Source: Planctomyces sp.
GTDB lineage: Bacteria; Planctomycetota; Planctomycetia; Planctomycetales; Planctomycetaceae
Reading direction: 5' to 3'
DNA length: 64,000 nucleotides
NCBI GenBank assembly: GCA_005778115.1
Contig: SXKJ01000145.1
Location: 13,916 to 77,915, forward strand
The position numbers and the translations under genes are program-made. Of the stretch, positions 18,655-27,567 are shown one piece after another (the first letter of the stretch is position 1; every line of letters begins with the position of its first letter). The notes below the pieces were generated by a model. It worked only from the letters and a program-made list of their open reading frames with translations. It was not told the origin of the DNA and searched no databases.

Positions 18655-20319
18655 ATGGCTTCACGCCTCCTCTGTCTCTGCCTGCTGGCGGTCACTCCGA
18701 CTGTCTTTGCCGAGGATTACCTGCGCGATCTGCAAACTGCGGCGATCGAAAGCGGCTATTCACCCGTCGCTCATTGGGGCGTCAATCCCAAGAACTACAA
18801 AGAGTGGGCCACGCACAGCAATCGACTGATCCCGATCTACACCTTCGGAACGCACGGAGCGGGCGAAGGGGTCGATCTCAATAGCTACCTCGGCAAGAAC
18901 AGTGCCTACCGCAGCGAAGCGAAGCTGAAGGCGATCTATGGCCGCGTGCCGACGAACACGCTCAATTCCAATGCCGAGTACTGCGATCAAACCGACCTCG
19001 CCACGCTGCAACGAGCCGCGTTCAAGGCGGGAAAAAAGCATGTCATCCTGATGATCTTCGACGGCATGGACTGGCAAACGACTCGTAACGCAGCCATCTA
19101 CAACGAACGGCGAGTTAGCTACTCGGAAGGTCGTGGCACTGGAACTGACTTTCAAAACTACTCGGCCAATGGGACCACTCAGTTCGGCTTCATGTGCGTC
19201 GCTCCCCACAACGACGGCACAGATTCGGATGTGGACACGCAAACGATCGCCAATCCTGGAGGCAAGATCTTCGGCGGCTACAACTTCGCCAAGGGAGGAG
19301 CATTCCCGTGGTCGCCCCCCAGAGCCGACATCTATTACCTCACCGGCCGAGCCCTCGACGGCAAGAGCAAAGGGGAGCACCCTTATCCCGACTCGGCCAA
19401 TACCGCGCAAGCCATGACCTCAGGCGTGAAGAGCTATAACAACTCGATCAACGTCGATTACGCCGGAAAGCAGGTGAGTCCCATCGCTCACGAAGTTCAG
19501 GCGGCAGGATTCGCGGTCGGAGCAGTGACCAGCGTGCCAATCAGTCATGCAACTCCGGCATGCTCGTACGCACAAAACGTGGACCGCGACGACTATCAAG
19601 ATTTGACCCGCGACCTGCTCGGCCTGCCGTCGATCTCACATCCTCGAAAGCCGCTGCCAGGACTCGACGTGCTGATCGGCGGAGGGTTCGGAGACTCCGC
19701 AAAGACAACGGGAGATCCTGAGAAAAAGACGCAAGGACAGGGAAAGAACTTCGTCCCCGGCAACATCTGGCTCACCGACTCCGACCGCAAAACGATTGAT
19801 GCCGCCAACGGAGGCAAGTACGTGGTAGCCGAACGCAGGGCCGGGACTATTGGACGCGACGTCTTATTCGCCGCCGCCACCAGCGCGGTTTCTTCAAAGC
19901 ACCGGCTGCTCGGATTCTTCGGAAACGGCAAGGCGAAGGGACACCTGCCGTTCGCGACCGCCGACGGAGACTTCCATCCCACCATCGGTCGCACCAACAA
20001 GGCCGAGTCGTACACCGCCGCCGATCTCTCTGAGAACCCGACTCTCGCCGACATGACCGCTGCCGCCCTGACCGTGCTCGGCAAGAATCCAAAGGGATTC
20101 TGGTTGATGGTCGAGGCTGGCGATGTCGATTGGGCCAATCACGACAACAATCTCGACAATTCGATCGGAGCGGTGAACTCCGGCGACCGAGCCTTCCAGG
20201 TCATCACCGCTTGGGTCGAGAAACACAGCAACTGGCAAGAGACCGTAGTGATCGTCACTGCCGATCACGGCCATTATCTATGGTTGGACCAGCCGGAAGG
20301 ATTGATTCCACTGAAGTGA
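18655..20319 (+). CDS. Alkaline phosphatase family protein, signal peptide
   Basis: Translation has ILMIFDGMDWQT, SHATPA, VEAGDVDWANHDNN and IVTADHGH (metal-ligand motifs), with the signal MASRLLCLCLLAVTPTVFA. Confidence 0.85.
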   Translation: MASRLLCLCLLAVTPTVFAEDYLRDLQTAAIESGYSPVAHWGVNPKNYKEWATHSNRLIPIYTFGTHGAGEGVDLNSYLGKNSAYRSEAKLKAIYGRVPTNTLNSNAEYCDQTDLATLQRAAFKAGKKHVILMIFDGMDWQTTRNAAIYNERRVSYSEGRGTGTDFQNYSANGTTQFGFMCVAPHNDGTDSDVDTQTIANPGGKIFGGYNFAKGGAFPWSPPRADIYYLTGRALDGKSKGEHPYPDSANTAQAMTSGVKSYNNSINVDYAGKQVSPIAHEVQAAGFAVGAVTSVPISHATPACSYAQNVDRDDYQDLTRDLLGLPSISHPRKPLPGLDVLIGGGFGDSAKTTGDPEKKTQGQGKNFVPGNIWLTDSDRKTIDAANGGKYVVAERRAGTIGRDVLFAAATSAVSSKHRLLGFFGNGKAKGHLPFATADGDFHPTIGRTNKAESYTAADLSENPTLADMTAAALTVLGKNPKGFWLMVEAGDVDWANHDNNLDNSIGAVNSGDRAFQVITAWVEKHSNWQETVVIVTADHGHYLWLDQPEGLIPLK

Positions 20320-20346
20320 CCCGCCCCCCAACGTAAGGCTGCTCCC

Positions 20347-20388
20347 GTCGATGAAAAGGCAGCGATCTCGTCGATGAAAAGGCAGCGA
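20347..20388 (+). promoter_or_regulatory. Perfect 20-bp direct repeat, two copies, 22-bp period (CGTCGATGAAAAGGCAGCGA)
   Basis: Copies at 20347..20366 and 20369..20388, in the 172-bp gap upstream of the DUF1549/1553 gene. The repeat itself is certain. The regulatory role is only a guess. Confidence 0.35.
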
Positions 20389-20491
20389 ACAAAAGATCTT
20401 TCCCTATTCGTCTCGTGATTTCAGCGAACTTTTATAGATTGCGCTGGGTTTCGGACGGGAATTTCAATTCGTTTCACCAGAGGAGTTACCC

Positions 20492-22732
20492 GTGAAGCGT
20501 TGGCCATTCGTCGTCGTTGCTATCTGCTTGTCGTTGGGAGTCTTGGGGTTGAGCGTTTCGGACGCGAAGCCGCCGGTGGCTCAAAAGAAGGTCGAGAAGG
20601 CTCCAGTCGACCCGAAAGCCGAAGCCGCTTTCCGGGAGGCCGCCAAGAAACTGGCGGGGGGTACGGAACTCGACAAGGTGCTTGCCCTCGAAAATAACGA
20701 GCGTGGCGTCAAACTCGATCCGATGCCGGTCATCGACGACCTAACGTTCCTCCGACGTATTTTTTGTGATCTCGTCAGCCGTATTCCAACGACCGACGAG
20801 ATCGCTTCATTTGAAGCAGATAAGAATCCGGCCAAACGCGCCGAATTGGTCGATCAACTGATCGCCGACGAACGCTTCATCGACCGCTGGACCGTGTTCT
20901 ATTCCGACATGTTCCGCCTGCGTGCTCAGGCTGACGGAGGTCGGGCCGCGATTGCGTGGATTCATGAAGCGATCTCTGAGGCGATGCCCCATGATGAGAT
21001 TTGTCGGCGACTCATCACGACCAACGGCAAGGCGGGAGCTGCTCCTGAAGTCGCGTTCGTGCTTGGTGATAACGCCGATCCGATGATTCTCGCAGGCGTG
21101 ACCTCGCAGGTCTTCATGGGTGTGCGGATTCAATGTGCTCAGTGCCATGACCACCCGTTCGACGTCTGGACCCAAGAAAACTTCTACGGCTTTGCAGCAT
21201 ACTTTGGCAAAACTCAGCGGATCGAGAATCAATTCACCCGAACGATCTACGCCAAGGAAAACGAAGCCTCGACGGTCCTCTGGCCCCCAGAAGGCAAAGC
21301 GAAACCGAGCGAACGCAAACCGGCCAAACCGACCTTTCCGTTCGACATGACTTCAGCCGACGAGAAACCGGAATACCTCGTTCGACTGACCTCGCTGCGA
21401 GCCAAGCAAAAGGCTGAGAAAGACGCTTTGCTCGCCAAGACGAACTCAAAGGACGCAGACGTCGACGCCCTGCTCAGCGGTGCGGAGGAGAACGAAGCCA
21501 AAGCGAAGGGCAAGAAGCAGGACGACGACGTTACTCGTGGCGCCAAGACCGATGCCAAGAACCTCAACATCAAGGCCGGGCTCTACACCACCAGTGACTG
21601 GCGGAACGAGTTGGCCAATCTTGTGACGAGCCCCCGCAACCGTTTCTTCGCAAAGAATCTGGTCAACCGCGTCTGGGCAGACTTGGTGGGGCGAGGCATC
21701 GTCGATCCGATCGACGACTTCAGTGACAACAACCCGGCCAGCCATCCAAAGATGCTCGACTACCTCGCCGATGAATTCGTGGCGAACGGTTACGACCTGC
21801 GGTCGCTGGTGCGACTGATCGTCAACACCCAGGTCTATCAACGCGGCCACATTTACGGGGCAGAAGAACAACAAGTCACGGAGATGGAGAAATCGTTTCT
21901 CGCCACGCCAATGCGACGCATGCTCAGCGAGACGCTCTACGACAGCATCATCACTGCCGGACACATCTTCGACGTGAAGCACACGCCCGGCAAGAACATG
22001 AAGACGACCTGGAAGCTCTCGCAAGTCGCAAAGCCGAACTCCGGCCGCCAAGGCTTGGCTCTGACCGCAATGAAGTTTCAGCAGAAGGTGGAAATGACCG
22101 CCGCAATGGCGAAAGACGACGAAGAAGCCGCCCCTGGCGTCGATCTGGAAAAAGGGATCGAAATCGACTTCGGCAAAGTCCTGGCTAAGGCCAAAGCAGA
22201 TGGCCAAAAAGTTGAAGTCGAAGAGATGCGAGTCATGTCGAAAGAAGAGATCGAAGCCGAGCGGATGCGCGCTCAGATGCAGACACAACGCCGTGGCGTC
22301 GATTACATCGACCGCTACGTGAAGGCGACCTTCGACGACAACCCGAAGTTCGGCTCATCACTCCGCATGTCTTCACCCGCCGCGCCGGAGCACTTCCTTC
22401 GGGTCTTCGGTCAAACCGACCGCGAAGTGCTCGGTGAGACTCGTGACCACGCTCCGAACATGCGGCAAGCTCTGATGATGCTCAACGGCTCGTTGACTCA
22501 TGAAGCGGCCCGCGTCGGCGAATTCGAGCCGATGTATGCTCTTCTGATCGAACAGAAGAATCTTGATGGTGCTGTGAAACTCGCCTACCGCGAGATCCTG
22601 ACTCGCGAACCGAGTGCCGACGAAATCAAAGAGGCCAAGTCGATCATCGCGACGCACAAAGACGTCCTTGATGGCATGGCCGACTTTCGCTGGATTCTTC
22701 TGAACTGCAATGAATTCCGTTTCCTGCCGTAA
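20492..22732 (+). CDS. DUF1549/DUF1553 domain-containing protein
   Basis: GTG start preceded by AGGAG. Translation has FLRRIFCDLVSRIPTTDEIASF, DRWTVFYSDMFRL, CAQCHDHPFDVWTQENFY and a C-terminal ILLNCNEFRFLP. Confidence 0.85.
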   Translation: MKRWPFVVVAICLSLGVLGLSVSDAKPPVAQKKVEKAPVDPKAEAAFREAAKKLAGGTELDKVLALENNERGVKLDPMPVIDDLTFLRRIFCDLVSRIPTTDEIASFEADKNPAKRAELVDQLIADERFIDRWTVFYSDMFRLRAQADGGRAAIAWIHEAISEAMPHDEICRRLITTNGKAGAAPEVAFVLGDNADPMILAGVTSQVFMGVRIQCAQCHDHPFDVWTQENFYGFAAYFGKTQRIENQFTRTIYAKENEASTVLWPPEGKAKPSERKPAKPTFPFDMTSADEKPEYLVRLTSLRAKQKAEKDALLAKTNSKDADVDALLSGAEENEAKAKGKKQDDDVTRGAKTDAKNLNIKAGLYTTSDWRNELANLVTSPRNRFFAKNLVNRVWADLVGRGIVDPIDDFSDNNPASHPKMLDYLADEFVANGYDLRSLVRLIVNTQVYQRGHIYGAEEQQVTEMEKSFLATPMRRMLSETLYDSIITAGHIFDVKHTPGKNMKTTWKLSQVAKPNSGRQGLALTAMKFQQKVEMTAAMAKDDEEAAPGVDLEKGIEIDFGKVLAKAKADGQKVEVEEMRVMSKEEIEAERMRAQMQTQRRGVDYIDRYVKATFDDNPKFGSSLRMSSPAAPEHFLRVFGQTDREVLGETRDHAPNMRQALMMLNGSLTHEAARVGEFEPMYALLIEQKNLDGAVKLAYREILTREPSADEIKEAKSIIATHKDVLDGMADFRWILLNCNEFRFLP

Positions 22733-22735
22733 CCT

Positions 22736-22800
22736 CGTGGGGCAGGTTTTCAACCTGCCCGTCTTTCCTTTGTTGATGCAGGTCGAAAGCCTGCCCCACG
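22736..22800. repeat. Palindromic element CGTGGGGCAGG...CCTGCCCCACG with an internal hairpin
   Basis: CGTGGGGCAGGTTTTCAACCTGCCC (22736..22760) pairs with GCAGGTCGAAAGCCTGCCCCACG (22778..22800). It lies between the DUF1553 and DUF1501 genes. Confidence 0.8.
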
Positions 22801-22828
22801 ATTAACCCGTTTCAGAAAGGAACTCGAC

Positions 22829-24082
22829 ATGGGCTGCCTGGATTACCGAACGAATCGCCGAGCTGTGTTGCAGGCGTCACTGGCCTCGATCCTCGGATAC
22901 TCGATGCGCGACTTGATCGCCTTCGGCGGAACCGATCATGCGCCGACCGCCGAGCACGTCATTTTCTTCTGGAATGGCGGAGGAATGTCGCATATCGACA
23001 CATTTGATCCAAAACCAGGTCGGCCGACCGGCGGTGAGTTCGATCCCATCGACACCTCGGTCGAAGGGGTGAAGATTTCGCAAATCTTCCCAGAAGTGGC
23101 CAAGGTTATGCATCATTGTGCTCTTGTCCGCTCGATCGCCGGAACCAACGGAGATCACGGTCGTGGCACGTATCAATTGCAGACCAGCTATCAGGCTTCT
23201 GCCAACTTGATTCATCCGGGTTTCGGCTCAGTGGTGACTCACGAGAAAAAGCAACTCGGCGACTTGCCGGCCTACGTCACGATCAGTGGTCGTGCTCCTA
23301 AGGCCAGCTACCTCGGCCAGAAGTGCGAAGCGTACTTCATTGGCGCTCCCGGCGAGAAAGACCCGTACCTGTCGTTCCCGGAAGGAATCGCCTCGGCACG
23401 TGGCAATCAACGCTTGGAAGTGCTCGAAAAGTTCAACGGCCGCTTCGCCGAGAAGAGCAGCAACAAAGAGTTGAAGTCGACTCAGACCTCGATCGACGAA
23501 GCGCTGACACTGATGCGGAGCCCCGCCTTGGCCGCGTTCGAACTCGACAAAGTTCCGACGTCGCAGTTGAACCGTTACGGCGACACTCCGTTCGGCCGCG
23601 GCTGCCTCACGGCCAAGCAACTGGTTGAGACTGGTGTGCGGTTCGTCCAAGTGAACCGCGGCGGTTTCGATACGCACATGAACAACTTCCCCGCGATGGA
23701 GGCTCATGGCGAGATCATGGACCCGGCGATCGCGTCGCTGATCGCCGATCTCGCTGAATCGGGACTGCTCAAGAAGACCCTGATCGTCATGCTCAGCGAA
23801 TTCGGCCGCACACCGAAGATCAACAAAGACGCGGGCCGCGATCACTGGGCTAACGTCTTCACCTGCTTCATGGCCGGTGGCGGCATCAAGGGTGGCACGG
23901 TTATCGGCTCGTCCGACGAAGACGGCTACGAACCGAAGAACAACCCGGTGAAGGTTTCGAACCTGCACGCCACCTTCTGCCACGCGTTGGGAATCGACCC
24001 GGACAAGAAGGTCATGACGCCGCTTCAACGTCCATTCAAGCTGGTTGAAGACGGCACCCCGATCAAGGAACTGTTCGCATAA
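22829..24082 (+). CDS. DUF1501 domain-containing protein (sulfatase-like fold)
   Basis: Translation has HVIFFWNGGGMSHIDTFDPKP, SEFGRTPKINKDAGRDHWANVF and GGGIKGGTVIGSSD. Confidence 0.9.
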   Translation: MGCLDYRTNRRAVLQASLASILGYSMRDLIAFGGTDHAPTAEHVIFFWNGGGMSHIDTFDPKPGRPTGGEFDPIDTSVEGVKISQIFPEVAKVMHHCALVRSIAGTNGDHGRGTYQLQTSYQASANLIHPGFGSVVTHEKKQLGDLPAYVTISGRAPKASYLGQKCEAYFIGAPGEKDPYLSFPEGIASARGNQRLEVLEKFNGRFAEKSSNKELKSTQTSIDEALTLMRSPALAAFELDKVPTSQLNRYGDTPFGRGCLTAKQLVETGVRFVQVNRGGFDTHMNNFPAMEAHGEIMDPAIASLIADLAESGLLKKTLIVMLSEFGRTPKINKDAGRDHWANVFTCFMAGGGIKGGTVIGSSDEDGYEPKNNPVKVSNLHATFCHALGIDPDKKVMTPLQRPFKLVEDGTPIKELFA

Positions 24083-24123
24083 GCGGGGCAACACCCACGA
24101 ACGAACGTGATTCGATGAGTTTT

Positions 24124-24153
24124 GCGTGAGGCAGGTGTAAGCCTGCCTCACGC
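24124..24153 (+). terminator. 12-bp-stem hairpin GCGTGAGGCAGGtgtaagCCTGCCTCACGC, terminator-like
   Basis: It lies 42 nt after the DUF1501 stop and is followed by a weak T tract (cgTTTcT). It has the same CAGGC/GCCTG core as the other hairpin repeats. Confidence 0.45.
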
Positions 24154-24402
24154 CGTTTCTGCCAAGTGTGGCCAAACGGCGACAAACCGATACGACAAGT
24201 GCGCGCTCTGCAATCGACGACATGGTGATTGCAAGCACCTTACTAATCTGTGGGATCGAAGCCGGCCAACTTGGACTGGTTTCTTCGACAGACTTTTGCC
24301 AACCTGTTTTGAGGCTGCGGATGCGGCCTCCTCCAATTGCACACGGACGTGCGCGATCGTCTTGGAACGGTCCCTTCCATCTTCAACTGGATTGAGCACG
24401 TC

Positions 24403-26820
24403 ATGCGAGCATCAAGCATTGCTTTGGGGGTCGTTTGTGGGGCGTTGTATTTGGGCAGCACCGCGTTAGCGCAGCCAGCCGCTAAGCCCAGCGAAACCCC
24501 TTCGCTAAAAGGCTCGATCGTCGAGGATCGAGCGGCCAAAAAGTTGGTCGAAGCGGGGGACGCTCGATACGAGGCGGATGAAGTCTCAAAGGCCGTTGAG
24601 GTTTGGCAGTCCGTGATCGAGCGGTATCCCAAAAGCAAGGTGCGGTACGAAGCCTACATGCGGCTGGGGAAATTCTTCCTACAGCGGGATCGGCAATACG
24701 ACAAAGCTCGCGCGCAGTTTGAGGCTGTCGCTGCGGAAGAAAACAAAGACGAAGAAATGCGGGCGGAGGCGACGCTCAAAGCAGGCATCTGCTTTTATGA
24801 GGCTCGCAACTTTGGCAAGTGCTTTCAGGTCATGCGAGAAGTCATCGAGAAGTTCCCGGTTAGCAAGCAGGTCAACGAAGCGTACTACTACATTGGACTC
24901 GGCCACTTCCAACTCGGCCATTACAGCCGAGCGATCTCGGCGCTGGAAAAAGTCGGCACGACGCTGGCCAGCGAAGAGGGCAAGGTCGAGAAACTGGAAG
25001 CCGGTAAGCGACTGTTTGTGAAAATCGAAGACGCGGACTTGTCGGCGCTCGAACCTGGTCAATCCATCAAGGTCGAGTGCATCGCGACCAGCGGCGACAA
25101 AGAGGTCGTCGAGTGCTTCTCAGTTGGCCGCAATGTGCGGATCGCACTGGGTAGCTTGCTGACGAAGCTCGGCAAGCCACAGTCCGGCAACGGGACGCTG
25201 GAATTGAAGGGAGACGACACTGTCGAAGTCTCGTACATCGACGAGCAAACGGCCGACAAGCAATTCAACCGCAAGCTTCTGCACAAGGTCACGGTCGTCG
25301 GCAACGGGCTCCTTTCGATCACCGACGGAGCCTTTAAGGAAACACTGCGCGGCGTGGTGCTCGGTAAGACGATCAATCTGCAAATCATCGATGCAGATCG
25401 CGACTTAACCGACGCCGCAGATACGATCAAAGCGTCCGTCGAGGTCGTTCGGCCGAAGACTGATGAGGAGATTGAGAACGAATTGCTCGAACTCAAGAAG
25501 TCCGGCAAGGCGGTCGCAACCGACGATGATGGGGAGCCGAAGATCGAGAAGTTCAAGAAGGTGGATCGCGTCGAAGTCACGATGACAGAGGTCAAAGTCG
25601 AGAATCAGTTCGAGAAGAAGCCGGCTGCTGATGACGCAACTGAGGCACCCAAAACAACGGCAGCGATCACGACCGGTCAACCCAACACAACGGACGGCGC
25701 TCCGCCCACGAAAGGCGAAACGAAACCGGCCGACTCGACGGCCCAACCCGCAGCGAAGCCAGTCGAGGACAATTCAATCCACTCCGGCGTCTTTCGAGTG
25801 ACGGTTGCGTTGGTTAAGGCTGAGGAGGTCGTTTCGACGGACGATGTCCTGCAAGCGTTGCCGGGAGACTTCGTCAGGCTGACCTATGCCGACGCGAAGA
25901 ACACAACGCCGGAAGCTCGCACCGTTACGTTCGACGCGAAGGCGATTGAAGGAAACCTTGGCGGCGTGCGAGTCACCAAGGCTTTGATCTCCGACCGCGA
26001 ATTGCGAGTGCAGACGCAGCTCAAGACGGCTCACGCGCTGACCAACATCGGGAATCGTTACAAGGAATTCGGTCTGAAGAAGAACGCCGACGCCAAGTAT
26101 GAGCAGGCGCTCGACCTGTGCGACGAAATCATGACAGAGGCCACAAAGCTGGGCGGCAAGTTGCTCGAAGAGACTTACGTGCAGCTTTGGAAGATCTACT
26201 ACGAGATGGACAAGCTGGAACTCGCCGCCGCGATGGCTGAGCGGTTGCAGCGGCAGTTTCCCGACAGCGGTTTTGTGGATGACGCACTGTTGCAACTCGC
26301 GGACGTCGCACTCAAGCAAAACAATTTCAACCGCGCGATCGGGGTCTATCAGCGTCTGGTCAACATGCCGACGAGCCAACTCCGCGGCGAGGCTCAATTC
26401 GGCATCGCTCAGTGCTACGACAAGATGGCGGAGCAGCAGCCCAACGAAGCGGCGAAGGCGCAGCTCTTCGACCGGTCGTTCCAGGAATACAAAAAGGTCT
26501 TCGACAACTTCCCCGAAAGCGGTCGAGTCGGCGAAGCAGTCGCTCAGATGGCCAACTACTACTACCGCCAGAAGGATTACGCTCGCGCCGTGGATATCTT
26601 TGAGACCGTGCTGGAGAACCATCCGGACGCGAAGTTCTTGGACGTGATCCTGTTCAATTACGGCCGCTGCCTGTATCGCATGGACCGCAAGGCGGAAGCT
26701 CGCAAACGATTCGATCAACTCATCGGCGACTACCCCGAAAGCCCGCTCGCCGGTGATGCGAAGAAGATCTCGGAAGCGTTGAACAAGGCGGAACGCACGG
26801 CGGCACCGAAGGGAAACTGA
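24403..26820 (+). CDS. Secreted TPR-repeat protein (805 aa) with central beta-module region and a Thr/Pro/Ala-rich linker
   Basis: Internal ATG at 24403 gives the signal peptide MRASSIALGVVCGALYLGSTALAQP. YbgF-like TPRs occur at both ends (e.g. YPKSKVRYEAYMRLGKFF, YPESPLAGDAKK). The central region carries D-x-D-x-D...GVF modules. Confidence 0.8.
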   Translation: MRASSIALGVVCGALYLGSTALAQPAAKPSETPSLKGSIVEDRAAKKLVEAGDARYEADEVSKAVEVWQSVIERYPKSKVRYEAYMRLGKFFLQRDRQYDKARAQFEAVAAEENKDEEMRAEATLKAGICFYEARNFGKCFQVMREVIEKFPVSKQVNEAYYYIGLGHFQLGHYSRAISALEKVGTTLASEEGKVEKLEAGKRLFVKIEDADLSALEPGQSIKVECIATSGDKEVVECFSVGRNVRIALGSLLTKLGKPQSGNGTLELKGDDTVEVSYIDEQTADKQFNRKLLHKVTVVGNGLLSITDGAFKETLRGVVLGKTINLQIIDADRDLTDAADTIKASVEVVRPKTDEEIENELLELKKSGKAVATDDDGEPKIEKFKKVDRVEVTMTEVKVENQFEKKPAADDATEAPKTTAAITTGQPNTTDGAPPTKGETKPADSTAQPAAKPVEDNSIHSGVFRVTVALVKAEEVVSTDDVLQALPGDFVRLTYADAKNTTPEARTVTFDAKAIEGNLGGVRVTKALISDRELRVQTQLKTAHALTNIGNRYKEFGLKKNADAKYEQALDLCDEIMTEATKLGGKLLEETYVQLWKIYYEMDKLELAAAMAERLQRQFPDSGFVDDALLQLADVALKQNNFNRAIGVYQRLVNMPTSQLRGEAQFGIAQCYDKMAEQQPNEAAKAQLFDRSFQEYKKVFDNFPESGRVGEAVAQMANYYYRQKDYARAVDIFETVLENHPDAKFLDVILFNYGRCLYRMDRKAEARKRFDQLIGDYPESPLAGDAKKISEALNKAERTAAPKGN

Positions 26821-26821
26821 C

Positions 26822-27055
26822 ATGAAGGCGGTGGACGAACTGACGAACGTGAGCGAAGCAGAACGCAGTGAGTGGATCGCGGAGTTTGACGCGATGGCTC
26901 GTCGGCCATTGCCGATTCGGGTGCGATACGGATTCATTCACACCGTCAAGCCGGTGCTAGATGATGCACCGTCGCGCGTATTCGACACAATGCAGCAATA
27001 CCGGGACTGGTGCGAGCAACAACTTCCGGCATGGTTGGGTTATGGCCGCGTTTGA
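26822..27055 (+). CDS. Small hypothetical protein (77 aa), first gene of a small-ORF/nucleotidyltransferase cassette
   Basis: The ATG lies 1 nt after the TPR gene stop (TGAcATG). There is a 14-nt overlap with the next ORF. I recognised no family. Confidence 0.4.
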   Translation: MKAVDELTNVSEAERSEWIAEFDAMARRPLPIRVRYGFIHTVKPVLDDAPSRVFDTMQQYRDWCEQQLPAWLGYGRV

Positions 27056-27521
27056 ATATCGACAAGCGGAGGAAATTCGAGAGACATTCGCGCGGTGGAA
27101 CGTGCGGTATTTGTTCTTGGGAAAGTCCGCCGCAATCTTAATGGGGTTTCCCGACACAACTCAGGACGTAGATCTTTATCCGCAACGATCCGCCGACAAC
27201 GGTGACAAGTAGGTTCAGGCTTTGATGGAACTGGGGTTTCAACTGACGGATCGGGACAAGGATGGCATTCGGGCGGGAAAGGATTTCGTGCAACTGAAGA
27301 ATGGGCCGTTTGACGTGGACTTGATCTTCGCGCCGGACGGCATTGAGCAATTCGAGGACGCTTGGAAGCGTCACCTGGAGATTGAAGGATTTCCGCTCTG
27401 CCATCTGGACGACATCATCGCCAGCAAGCGAGCGGCAAATCGGCGAAAGGACATTGAATCGCTGCCAAGGCTGGTCGCGTTTCGAGACTACTGGAAGCAG
27501 AAGCAAGCGTTGCTCGATTGA
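27042..27521 (+). pseudogene. Minimal nucleotidyltransferase-fold protein interrupted by one in-frame TAG (27210..27212)
   Basis: ORFs 26961..27212 and 27222..27521 are in the same frame and are separated only by the TAG. The joined product has FLGKSAAILMGFPDTTQDVDLYP (a G-S...D-x-D NTase motif) and resembles the intact paralogue at 35931..36359. Confidence 0.6.
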
Positions 27522-27567
27522 GCCGCGCCGGGAATTCACGAAGAACTTGAAGACAGGACTGATTCCG

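Noticed and set aside
20347-20388. The 20-bp tandem repeat as a CRISPR array or minisatellite.
   Set aside because: There are only two copies, the spacer is 2 nt, and no cas genes are present.
21446-26937. Long minus-strand ORFs at 21446..22288, 23228..24238 and 25774..26937.
   Set aside because: They are antisense to the DUF1549/1553, DUF1501 and 805-aa TPR genes respectively, and have no motifs of their own.
27343-27567. A 75-codon upstream extension of the giant ORF (track start at 27343).
   Set aside because: It overlaps the preceding NTase ORF and has no signal peptide. The ATG at 27568 gives a classical signal peptide.
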